A stretch of DNA of 64,000 bases from Alphaproteobacteria bacterium (GTDB taxonomy: Bacteria > Pseudomonadota > Alphaproteobacteria > CALKHQ01), in assembly GCA_965227515.1 (NCBI GenBank), contig CBDDFZ010000001.1, positions 224,001 to 288,000 of the forward strand. The letters run 5' to 3'. How positions within the stretch are numbered: position 1 is the first letter of the stretch; every line of letters begins with the position of its first letter. Shown here piece after piece: positions 51,570-60,268 of this stretch. The notes under the pieces are model-generated. The model was not told where the DNA came from and did no database searches. It saw nothing but the letters and a program-made list of their open reading frames with translations. Made by a program: the position numbers and the translations under genes.

Positions 51570-52358
51570 CTACAGCTTGGCCATGAACGCCTCGAACTCT
51601 TTATCGTCGATCGGCACCAGGTGCTCGGGGCCGGGGTAGGCACCGCTTTCCACATCGGCGCCGAACTCCTTGAACGCGGCGATGCGTTCCTCCTGCAGCC
51701 GGTCGTACTCGGCGCGGAAGTTGCGGTAGACCTTGGCGTGGCGGGGGCGGTGGCCGCGGGTGTAGCCCAGCACGTCCTCGGCAAACAGGTACTGCGCATC
51801 GCCGCCAGTGCCGGCGCCCATCGACAGCATCAGCATCGAGGTCCGCTTGGAGATTTCGGCCGCCACCCGGTCCGGCACCACTTCCAGTTCGGCCGCGAAC
51901 GCACCGGCGGATTCCAACGCCTTGACGTCATTGTAGACCTTCATTGCGCTGTCGGCGGTCTTGCCCACCGCCTTGAAGCCGCCGGTCCAGGTGCATTTCG
52001 ATGGGATCAGGCCGACGTGGCTGACCACCGGAATGCCCTCCGCCGCCAGTCGGGCAACGATGTCGAGGCTGGCCGCGCAATAGACGCAGTCACCGCCGGT
52101 CAGCAGCGCCTTGTGGGCGGCGCGCAGGTAGTCGTCGGTGGTGCACAGCTCGCCATAGAGCAGGCCGACCTGGACGAAGCAGTCGCCCGCCGCCTCGCGC
52201 ATTTCCGGCGTCCATATCGGGGCGATGATCGACAGCATGTCGATGCCCGCCGCCGAAGCGGCCCGCGCCTCGTCGTGGCTGTCGACGAACAGCATCTTGA
52301 TCTGGCGCTTGCCCTTCATCGCCAGCATGTCGGCGACGGTATTGCGCGTTCGGTTCAT
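51570..52358 (-). CDS. Divergent PanB-like (ketopantoate hydroxymethyltransferase fold) protein
   Basis: SHVGLIPS, GGFKAVGK, ELEVVP, SMGAG, DAQYL retained; TAYD, LVGDS, DMPF and KIEG motifs not recognisable. Confidence 0.75.
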   Translation of the reverse strand: MNRTRNTVADMLAMKGKRQIKMLFVDSHDEARAASAAGIDMLSIIAPIWTPEMREAAGDCFVQVGLLYGELCTTDDYLRAAHKALLTGGDCVYCAASLDIVARLAAEGIPVVSHVGLIPSKCTWTGGFKAVGKTADSAMKVYNDVKALESAGAFAAELEVVPDRVAAEISKRTSMLMLSMGAGTGGDAQYLFAEDVLGYTRGHRPRHAKVYRNFRAEYDRLQEERIAAFKEFGADVESGAYPGPEHLVPIDDKEFEAFMAKL

Positions 52359-52657
52359 CGGTCCTCCCCAGGTCCGTTCTGCGCCGTCCGGTCTGTCGGT
52401 GCGACCGGTTTCGGCACGCTTTTGTTTGGCCGCGCCGGCCGCCCCGATGCATCGAGGTGCCTGGTGCTCACGCCATTGCGCTCGACACTAGGCCATACCG
52501 GCGCAGGTTCGAAAGCGCCACGACGCGGGCGGCGGCGCGTAAACGATAACAATTCTTGTGACAGGCGCGATTTGCCGGGTCGCCGGGCCCAGGCCGGCGT
52601 TGGCGGCAACGCGCCTCAATTTGATCCTCCCTGACGTATTTCTGTGTTGTTGGTACC

Positions 52658-52710
52658 GTTCATATCGCGTATGAACTCATTATGCGACATCAAAATTGCC
52701 TCATAATGAG
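52658..52710. promoter_or_regulatory. Candidate operators in the divergent promoter upstream of the LacI gene
   Basis: GTTCATA-N5-TATGAAC (52658-52676) and CTCATTATG...CATAATGAG inverted pair (52676-52710) in AT-rich DNA. Confidence 0.45.
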
Positions 52711-52734
52711 CTATTCAGCTCCCGAGGTGCCACG

Positions 52735-53784
52735 ATGAGCGAGACGCCGACCCCGCCGCGCCGCGCCACCATCAAGGATATCGCGCGGGCGACCGGCTAT
52801 TCGCGCGCCACGGTCGACCGTGCGCTGAACGGGCGCGGGCGCGTGCATCCGCGCACCGAGCAGCTGATCCAGGCCGCCCGGGAGAGCCTGGTCGAGAACC
52901 CGGTCGCGCCGTTCGACGTCGGCGTGCTGGCGGGATCGCCAATGGCGGCGGAGCGGCCGGTCGAGCTGCTGTTCCAGGTCGGCCGCGGCATGACCGACCA
53001 GTTGCGCGGCGTGTGCGCGGCATCGGACCGTCCCATCGACGTGTTCGACTTCTACCAGCGCGACAACGAGGCCGTGTCCAAGGCGCTGGAGCGGCTGTGT
53101 GCCGACACCGCCCATCCGCTGGTCGCCATCGTCAAGAACGAGGCCCGCAATGCACGGATCATGGCAGCGGCCCGGCAACGCGGAAAACGCATCGTCACCA
53201 TGGTGTCGGACGTCGACGCCCACGCGCGCGACGCCTTTGTCGGCATCGACGACCGCATGGCCGGGCGCACCGCCGCCTTCCTGATCGGCAATCTGCTGCG
53301 CGGCCAGGATGCGCGGGTCGGCGCGGTGCTGGGCAGTTCCAGCTTCCGCTGCCAGGAGGACCGCGAGATCGGCTTCCGCACCCACCTGCGCGGCGCCTTT
53401 CCCAACCTCACGGTCTGCGACGCGGTGCAGGGCGACGACTCCCCGGACAAGACGTTCCAGGCCGTGCGCGACCTGTTGCGCACCGAGCCGGACCTGGCCG
53501 CGATCTACAACGGCGCCGGCGGCAATGTCGGCCTGGCGGAAGCGGTCCGCGAGGCCGGCCGGGCCGGCGACATCTTCGTCATCGCCCACGAGACCAACGA
53601 CACCACCGTCCCGCTTGCCGAGGACGGCCTGATCCATTTCCTGATCGGGCAGGACACCGGCACGATGCTGGCGCGCGCGCTGGATCTGGCCGCGGCGCCC
53701 GAGATTCAGGCGGACGATGTGGTCAGCCTTGTGGACTTTTTCGTCTTTACGCAGTTCAACATCGGATCGGCTGCAATCGCCTGA
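52735..53784 (+). CDS. LacI family transcriptional regulator
   Basis: TIKDIARATGYSRATVDRALNGRG HTH; FVGIDD, IYNGAGG, IAHE sugar-binding domain. Confidence 0.9.
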   Translation: MSETPTPPRRATIKDIARATGYSRATVDRALNGRGRVHPRTEQLIQAARESLVENPVAPFDVGVLAGSPMAAERPVELLFQVGRGMTDQLRGVCAASDRPIDVFDFYQRDNEAVSKALERLCADTAHPLVAIVKNEARNARIMAAARQRGKRIVTMVSDVDAHARDAFVGIDDRMAGRTAAFLIGNLLRGQDARVGAVLGSSSFRCQEDREIGFRTHLRGAFPNLTVCDAVQGDDSPDKTFQAVRDLLRTEPDLAAIYNGAGGNVGLAEAVREAGRAGDIFVIAHETNDTTVPLAEDGLIHFLIGQDTGTMLARALDLAAAPEIQADDVVSLVDFFVFTQFNIGSAAIA

Positions 53785-53832
53785 GGCCAACCGGGCGACG
53801 GATGCGGCCGCGTGCACGGAGGAATGCGCACC

Positions 53833-54858
53833 ATGACCGACACCGCAATTGGCGAGCGTGACAAGCTGGGCAAACGCGACAAGCGGGGTGACTGGCGCCC
53901 GCCCTATCTGTTGAAGCTGCCGGCGCTGTTCGCCTGGCCGCCGAAGCCGCTGGGCGTGCTGAAATGGATTTTCGGGTTCCCGGGCTATCTGTGGCCGTGG
54001 AACGCGCTCTACCTCGGCATCGCGGTGCTGACCTGGTTCTTCCTGACGCCCTCGCTGGCGTCGATGCAGAGCCTGGAGATCGGCTGGATCGCCATCATTC
54101 TCGGCCGCAACCTTGCGCTGACCGTGGTGTTCTACGGCGCGTGGCACGTCTGGTTCTACATGATCAAGGGCCAGGGAACCGACTTCAAGTACACGACCAA
54201 GCCGTTCGCCACCAACAACGACACCTTCCTGTTCAAGAACCAGGTCAAGGACAATATGTTCTGGTCGCTGGTCTCAGGCGTGCCGATCTGGACCGCCTAT
54301 GAGGTCGTGACCCTGTGGTTCTACGCCAACGAGTGGATCCCCTACATCAACTGGGAGACCAACCCGGTCTGGTTCGTGGCGCTGCTGCTGCTGATCCCGG
54401 CGATCCGCGAGGTCCATTTCTACTGGGTCCACCGGCTGATCCACTGGAAGCCGCTGTACGACAGCGTGCATCACCTGCACCACCGCAACGTCAATATCGG
54501 GCCGTGGACGGGCATCTCGATGCACCCGGTCGAGCACCTGCTCTATTTCTCCGGCGCGATCGTGCACTGGGTCCTCGCCTCGCATCCGATCCACGTGCTG
54601 TTCCATCTGCAGCATGCCGGCCTGTCGCCGGCCCAGGGGCATGTGGGCTTCGACCGCGTGGTGGTGGCCGGCAAGGGCGTGACCATCGGCAACTACTTCC
54701 ACTACCTCCACCACAAGTATTTCGAGTGCAACTATTCCGGCGACGGCCTGCCCGTGTTCGACAAGATCTTCGGGACGTTCCATGACGGGTCGGACGAGGC
54801 GCAGGAGCGCATGAATGCGCGCTTCATGAAACGCGCCCAGGCGTCCGCCGCCGAATAG
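53833..54858 (+). CDS. Sterol desaturase/fatty acid hydroxylase family membrane di-iron enzyme
   Basis: His boxes HRLIH, HHLHH, HYLHH plus SMHPVEH and FDKIFGTFHD. Confidence 0.9.
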   Translation: MTDTAIGERDKLGKRDKRGDWRPPYLLKLPALFAWPPKPLGVLKWIFGFPGYLWPWNALYLGIAVLTWFFLTPSLASMQSLEIGWIAIILGRNLALTVVFYGAWHVWFYMIKGQGTDFKYTTKPFATNNDTFLFKNQVKDNMFWSLVSGVPIWTAYEVVTLWFYANEWIPYINWETNPVWFVALLLLIPAIREVHFYWVHRLIHWKPLYDSVHHLHHRNVNIGPWTGISMHPVEHLLYFSGAIVHWVLASHPIHVLFHLQHAGLSPAQGHVGFDRVVVAGKGVTIGNYFHYLHHKYFECNYSGDGLPVFDKIFGTFHDGSDEAQERMNARFMKRAQASAAE

Positions 54859-54896
54859 CCCGCGCGACACACCAGACTGCAAACACGGAGACCTGA

Positions 54897-55211
54897 ATGA
54901 GTAACTGGATCGAGGCCTGCGGCGTGGATGACGTCGAGGAGGAAGACGTCATCCGTTTCGACCACGGCGACCGCACCTTCGCCATCTACCGCAGCCCCGA
55001 CGATGCGTTCTATGCGACCGACGGCCTGTGCACCCACGAGAAGGTGCACCTGGCCGACGGCTTCGTGATGGACAACACCATCGAATGCCCGAAGCACAAT
55101 GGGCGCTTCGACTACACCACCGGTGCCGCGAAGGGTGCGCCCGTGTGCGTGGCGCTGAAGACCTATCCGACCAAGGTGGAAGACGACCGCGTGTTCGTCG
55201 ATATCGGTTAG
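54897..55211 (+). CDS. mocE: MocE-family Rieske [2Fe-2S] ferredoxin
   Basis: EDVIRFDH, TDGLCTHE..HLADG, IECPKHNGRFD. Confidence 0.88.
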   Translation: MSNWIEACGVDDVEEEDVIRFDHGDRTFAIYRSPDDAFYATDGLCTHEKVHLADGFVMDNTIECPKHNGRFDYTTGAAKGAPVCVALKTYPTKVEDDRVFVDIG

Positions 55212-55215
55212 TCCG

Positions 55216-56409
55216 GTGGCGGATGTCGTCATTGTCGGGGCGGGCGAATGCGGGGTGCGCTGCGCCTTCGCCCTGCGCGAGGCCGGCTTTGACGGCTCGG
55301 TCACCCTGATCGGCGACGAACCGCATCTGCCATACGAACGCCCGCCGCTGTCGAAGGAAGTGCCGGTGGCGGCGAAGACCATCGCCACCGAAGAGGCCTA
55401 TACAGAGGCGAACATCGACCTTCGTCGCGGCACGCGGGTGACCGAGATCGACCGCGCGGCCAAGTCGGTGCGGCTTTCCGATGGCGGCGATGTCACCTAC
55501 GACACGCTGGTGCTGGCCACCGGGGCACGGGCGCGGGTGCTGCCGGGCCTGGAAGACGCGCTCACCCTGCGCACGCTTGACGATGCCGAGGCCATTCTGG
55601 CCCGTCTGTCGCCAGGCAGCCGGCTTGCCATCGTCGGTGGCGGCTTCATTGGGCTCGAACTGGCCGCCACTGCGCGAGGTCTCGGCGCCGAGGTCACGGT
55701 GGTGGAGGCCGCCGACCGGCTGATGGCCCGGATCGTCCCCAGCGACATCGCACTGGCGGCCGAGACGCGCCACCGCGAGGCGGGCGTCGAGTTGCTGCTT
55801 GACGCCAAGGTCGACCGTGTCGGCGACGGCGAACTTCACCTGACCGATGGCCGCGCGGTGCAGGCCGATGTGCTGGTCGCCGGTGTCGGCTCGGTGCCGG
55901 AGACCGCGCTCGCCGAGGCCGCCGGCCTGGCGGTCGACCCCAACATTGGCGGCATCGTGGTCGACCACTGCTTCCGGACCGAGGACCCGGCCATCTTCGC
56001 GGCCGGCGACTGCTGCAATTTCCCGTGGGGCGGCGGGCGCGTTCGACTGGAAAGCTGGCGCGCGGCGCAGGACCAGGCCAACCACGTCGCCAACGCCATC
56101 ATGGGCCGGGACGACGCCTATGCCCGCGTGCCGTGGTTCTGGTCCGACCAGCACGACCAGACATTGCAGGTCGCTGGCCTGCCCGACCCGTTCGTGCAGT
56201 GCATCCGCCGCGACATCGGCGACGGCGCCTTCATCCTGTTCCAGCTCGATGCCGATGGCGGCATATTGTCGGCCAGCGGTATCGGCACCGGCAACGCGGT
56301 CGCCAGGGACATAAGGGCGGCGGAGAAGATGATCGAAGCGGGGATCAAGCCCGACCCGGCCGCCCTGGCCGACCCGAACAGCAATCTGAAGCGCCTGCTG
56401 AGGGGTTAG
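55216..56409 (+). CDS. Ferredoxin reductase (MocF-like NAD(P)/FAD oxidoreductase)
   Basis: GAGECG, YERPPLSK, GGGFIGLE, RLESW, PWFWSDQ. Confidence 0.9.
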   Translation: MADVVIVGAGECGVRCAFALREAGFDGSVTLIGDEPHLPYERPPLSKEVPVAAKTIATEEAYTEANIDLRRGTRVTEIDRAAKSVRLSDGGDVTYDTLVLATGARARVLPGLEDALTLRTLDDAEAILARLSPGSRLAIVGGGFIGLELAATARGLGAEVTVVEAADRLMARIVPSDIALAAETRHREAGVELLLDAKVDRVGDGELHLTDGRAVQADVLVAGVGSVPETALAEAAGLAVDPNIGGIVVDHCFRTEDPAIFAAGDCCNFPWGGGRVRLESWRAAQDQANHVANAIMGRDDAYARVPWFWSDQHDQTLQVAGLPDPFVQCIRRDIGDGAFILFQLDADGGILSASGIGTGNAVARDIRAAEKMIEAGIKPDPAALADPNSNLKRLLRG

Positions 56410-56484
56410 TTTGCCTCGTTCGTGCCATGGTAGCGTGATCACATGGCACTGGTTTCGGGAAACTGCGGGATCTGGGGAAGCCAA

Positions 56485-57363
56485 ATGAGCCGCGTGCGCA
56501 CTGAGCGCCCACGCATCGCGACATGCATCACGTTGGCCGTAGCGGCCCTGATGTCGCTGCCAGGGACTCTGCTTGGGCAAGACACCGACACGCTCGCCGC
56601 GACCGCTTCCGGTCCGCTGACCTTCGTCGGGCAAGGCGACGATGAGGTTACTGTGCATGCGCCCGGGCCATTGGTGTTCACCGGCCAGGACCTGGGGCCG
56701 TTGACGGTGAAGGTGCAGGACACGCTGGTCTTCGCCGGCCAGGGTGTGGACACCGAATTGTTCGTCGGCCGCAATGCGCTGACATTCATCGGCCAGGGCG
56801 AGGACACACTGGCACTGTTCGTGCCCGAATCACTGGTATTTGCCGGGCAGGATTGCCTGAGCCCGCACGCCGAGCCATTGGTGGTGGCCACCGCCCTCGA
56901 CGCCGGCCCGCAGGGCTGGTCGGTATTCGGCGACGCGCACGGCATGACGGTCGACGGTGGCGGGTTGCGGGTGATCGACGACGCCACTGGCGAGGTCTGG
57001 TACTGGAACGCGCCCGCCAGCTATCACGGCTGCCGCGACCACTTCTACGGTGGCACGCTCAGTTTTCGGCTGAAGGTCGACCGCACCGACGAGCCCTTTG
57101 ACGACCGCGACGTCCTAATCATGGGTGCGTCCGGTGCCGCCATCTGGTTCGACACCGCGCGGAACCCTGGCGTCGAATGGACCGCCTACAGCATACCCCT
57201 GACCGCTGGCGTCGGCTGGATCGACGCAGCCACCGCTGCGCCTGCCAGTGAGGCCGTCATTCGCGCCGTGCTGTCCGATATCGAGGCATTGCGAATCCGG
57301 GGTGAATACCGCACCGGCGACGATATCGGTTGGCTGGCGGACGTGATCTTCAGGGCGCCATAG
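56485..57363 (+). CDS. Hypothetical secreted protein: 18-aa tandem repeats plus laminin B (domain IV)-like domain
   Basis: Signal-like N-terminus; five L(T/V)FxGQ(G/D) repeats; WYWNAP..YHG....YGGTLSF...VLSDIEALRIRGEY pattern. Confidence 0.6.
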   Translation: MSRVRTERPRIATCITLAVAALMSLPGTLLGQDTDTLAATASGPLTFVGQGDDEVTVHAPGPLVFTGQDLGPLTVKVQDTLVFAGQGVDTELFVGRNALTFIGQGEDTLALFVPESLVFAGQDCLSPHAEPLVVATALDAGPQGWSVFGDAHGMTVDGGGLRVIDDATGEVWYWNAPASYHGCRDHFYGGTLSFRLKVDRTDEPFDDRDVLIMGASGAAIWFDTARNPGVEWTAYSIPLTAGVGWIDAATAAPASEAVIRAVLSDIEALRIRGEYRTGDDIGWLADVIFRAP

Positions 57364-57392
57364 TCCGGCAGTCGCTGCCTACGACCGCCCAT

Positions 57393-59189
57393 CTACATCT
57401 GGGCGTCGGTCAGCGCCATCACCGGGTCGGAGCCTGCCATTGCCGCGGCGCGCAGGCCGTCGGCCTGAGGCAGCACGTGGGCGGCATAGAACGCGGCGAG
57501 CGCCGTCGGGGTGTCGACCGCGCCGGTGTTGCCCTCGGGCGGCGTCACCCGCTCCTCATGCACCGCCAAGGCGCCCTTGGCCAGCAGCCAACCGCCAATG
57601 ACCATGCCGGCGAGACGCAGGTACGGTGCCGAGCCTGACAGCGCATCGACCGCGCCGGTGCCGATGGTATCGGCGACATAGTCGGTGGCCGTCTCCAGCG
57701 CCAGCACGCCGGCCGACAGCGCGTTCGCGACCGGTTGCAGCCCCCGGTGGCCGCCAAGCGCGGTCGCCGTTGCCGAAATTTCCGCGCAGAGAGCACGCAT
57801 CGCCGCCCCTTCGTCGCGGCCGATCTTGCGGCCCACCAGGTCGGCCGCCTGCACCCCATTGGTGCCCTCGTAGATCGGCAGGATGCGGGCATCGCGGTAA
57901 TGCTGGGCGGCACCGGTCTCCTCGATGAAGCCCATGCCGCCGTGCACCTGCACCGCCGTCGACGCGACCTCGCAGGCCACGTCCGTGCACCACGACTTCA
58001 CGATCGGCGTCAGCAGGTCGACGCGGTCCTGGGCGGTGGCGCGCTGTGCCTCGTCGGCGTGCCGGCTTGCCGTATCCTCGGCGGCGGCCGTCACCATGCA
58101 GAGCGCGCGGGTGGCCGCCACATGCGCCTTCATCCACATCAGCATGCGCCTGACGTCCGGGTGGTGGAGGATGGGCGCGCCCACCTTGCCGTCGCCGGCG
58201 GTGCGTCCCTGCACCCGCTCGCGCGCGTAGGCCAGGGCCTGCTGGTAGGCGCGCTCGGCGATGCCGACACCCTGCACGCCGACCGAAACCCGGGCATTGT
58301 TCATCATCGTGAACATGCCCTTCAGGCCCTCGTGCTCCTTGCCGACGATCTCGCCGACCGCGCCGCCGTCGTCGCCATAGGCCAGCACGCAGGTCGGGCT
58401 GGCGTGGATGCCCAGCTTGTGCTCCAGCGACACCGTGCGCACGTCGTTGCGCGGCCCCAGCGAGCCGTCGGCGTTGACCGCGAACTTGGGCACGATGAAC
58501 AGCGACAGGCCCCGGCTGCCGGGCGGCGCATCGGGGGTGCGCGCCAGCACCAGGTGGACGATGTTCTCGGCCAGGTCGTGATCGCCCCAGGTGATGTAGA
58601 TCTTCTGGCCGATCAGCCGGTAGCGGCCGGGCCCGAGGTCGGGCGCCGGTGTCGCCATGGTCCGCACTGCGCCCAGATCGGTGCCCGCCTGCGGCTCGGT
58701 CAGGTTCATGGTGCCGGTCCACTGCCCGCTGGCGATGCGCGGGATGTAGGTCTGCTTTTGCTCCGCCGTGCCGTGGGTTGTGAGCGCGGACATCACGCCC
58801 TGGTTCAACAGCGGGTTGAGCGCAAAGCTGAGGCAGGCGCCCTGCCACATCTCCTGCACCGCGGTCGCCAGCACCCAGGGCAGCCCCTGGCCGCCATAGT
58901 CGGGATCGAACGGCAGGCCGTTCCAGCCGCCCTCGGCAAAGGCGCGAAAGGCATCGGCGAAGCCGTCGGCCGACCGCACAACTCCGTTCTCCAGGGTCGC
59001 GCCCTGCAGGTCGCCGGTGCGGTTCAGCGGGGCGATCACTTCGCCGGCGAGCTTGCCGGCTTCGGTCAGGATCGCCTCGGCGAGATCGGGCGTCACCTCC
59101 CCCATGCCCGGCAGCGCGGTCACCTCGTCGAGGCCGGCGACGGCGCGCAGCGTGAACATGAGCTCGGCAACGGGGGCGGTGTAGGTCAT
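57393..59189 (-). CDS. Acyl-CoA dehydrogenase (long, DmdC-like subfamily)
   Basis: GTMNLTEPQAGTDL, EHKLGIHASPTC, QVHGGMGF, IYEGTNGVQA. Confidence 0.92.
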   Translation of the reverse strand: MTYTAPVAELMFTLRAVAGLDEVTALPGMGEVTPDLAEAILTEAGKLAGEVIAPLNRTGDLQGATLENGVVRSADGFADAFRAFAEGGWNGLPFDPDYGGQGLPWVLATAVQEMWQGACLSFALNPLLNQGVMSALTTHGTAEQKQTYIPRIASGQWTGTMNLTEPQAGTDLGAVRTMATPAPDLGPGRYRLIGQKIYITWGDHDLAENIVHLVLARTPDAPPGSRGLSLFIVPKFAVNADGSLGPRNDVRTVSLEHKLGIHASPTCVLAYGDDGGAVGEIVGKEHEGLKGMFTMMNNARVSVGVQGVGIAERAYQQALAYARERVQGRTAGDGKVGAPILHHPDVRRMLMWMKAHVAATRALCMVTAAAEDTASRHADEAQRATAQDRVDLLTPIVKSWCTDVACEVASTAVQVHGGMGFIEETGAAQHYRDARILPIYEGTNGVQAADLVGRKIGRDEGAAMRALCAEISATATALGGHRGLQPVANALSAGVLALETATDYVADTIGTGAVDALSGSAPYLRLAGMVIGGWLLAKGALAVHEERVTPPEGNTGAVDTPTALAAFYAAHVLPQADGLRAAAMAGSDPVMALTDAQM

Positions 59190-59228
59190 CGGGTCAGGCT
59201 ACCATGTGTGAGACGTTCTGACTTGCCA

Positions 59229-60200
59229 CTAGCGTGCGGCAGCGGCGCGGCGCAAGCGGTCGTTGATCGCCTCGCCCAGGCCGTCATCCGGAATGGGTGC
59301 GACGGCAATGGCGGTGAACGGTGCGCGGTCGAGCGTACGCAGCATGGCGAACAGGTTGGCCGCCGCCTCGGTGGTGTCGCCGCCGGGGCTCAGGTCCAGG
59401 TCGGCATCCACGGTGCCGCCGAAGCCCAGCAGCGCCGCGCCGGGCGGGCGGGCGGGCGCGTTCATCGCCAGCGGACGCTCGGGCGCGTAGTGGGATGCGA
59501 GCTGGCCGGGCGCGCGCGGCACATCTTCATCGCCGCCAGTTTCCGGTGTGCCAAGGGCGACACCCAGCTCGTCCTCGATGGCGGCACGGGCCAGCCCGCC
59601 GGGGCGCAGCAGCACGGGGCGGGCGTCGTCGCGCAGGTCGACGATGGTCGATTCCACGCCGACCGTGCAGGGCCCGCCGTCGACCACCATGTCGACCGCG
59701 TCGCCCAGTCCGGCGATGACGTCGGCGGCCCGCGTCGGGCTCAGCCTGCCGGAGCGGTTGGCGCTGGGCGCTGCCACCGGCAGCCCGACCTCGCGCAACA
59801 GCGCCTGCGCCACCGGATGCGCCGGCACCCGCAGCGCAACGCTGTCCAGCCCCGCAGTTGCCAGCAGCGAGATCGTGCACCCGGCGGTGCGTGGCAGGAC
59901 AAGGGTCAGGGGTCCCGGCCAGAATGCCTTTGCCAGCCGTCGCGCCAGCATGCCGGCCGCACCGAGCGCAAAGGCGGCGTCGGCGCTGGCGACATGGGCG
60001 ATCAACGGGTTGAAGCGGGGCCTGCCCTTGGCGGCGAACACCGCAGCCACCGCCCGGTCGTCGTCCGCCCGCGCACCGAGCCCATAGACCGTCTCGGTGG
60101 GAAACGCGACCAGCCCGCCGCGCCGCAATATCGCGGCCGCGCGCGCAATGACGTCGTGGTTCGCGAGGTCCGGCACGTCAGGAGTGTTTGACAGCGTCAT
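59229..60200 (-). CDS. tsaC: L-threonylcarbamoyladenylate synthase (Sua5 type)
   Basis: FPTETVYGLG, KGRP.FNPLI, APSANRSG, PGQLASHYAP Sua5 C-domain. Confidence 0.95.
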   Translation of the reverse strand: MTLSNTPDVPDLANHDVIARAAAILRRGGLVAFPTETVYGLGARADDDRAVAAVFAAKGRPRFNPLIAHVASADAAFALGAAGMLARRLAKAFWPGPLTLVLPRTAGCTISLLATAGLDSVALRVPAHPVAQALLREVGLPVAAPSANRSGRLSPTRAADVIAGLGDAVDMVVDGGPCTVGVESTIVDLRDDARPVLLRPGGLARAAIEDELGVALGTPETGGDEDVPRAPGQLASHYAPERPLAMNAPARPPGAALLGFGGTVDADLDLSPGGDTTEAAANLFAMLRTLDRAPFTAIAVAPIPDDGLGEAINDRLRRAAAAR

Positions 60201-60220
60201 CGGGCAGTCATATGTCATGT

Positions 60221-60232
60221 TGCAGTGCACAA
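60221..60232 (+). promoter_or_regulatory. PhaR-type box TGCAGTGCACAA
   Basis: Fits TGCRNYGCASMA; lies in the 68-bp divergent gap between tsaC and the ParA gene. Confidence 0.5.
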
Positions 60233-60268
60233 TTTCCACAATTCGTGGACTCGGGAAAGGGCGATACC

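Noticed and set aside
53833-56409. Canonical rhizopine catabolism (moc) locus
   Set aside because: No mocA/mocC/mocR or inositol genes in the window, and the oxygenase looks like the sterol desaturase family rather than MocD
41608-57363. Integrative mobile element
   Set aside because: No integrase, transposase, tRNA target or flanking direct repeat was found; island status rests on gene content and the purS junction only
57735-60191. 818-aa plus-strand ORF
   Set aside because: Antisense shadow of the acyl-CoA dehydrogenase and tsaC genes
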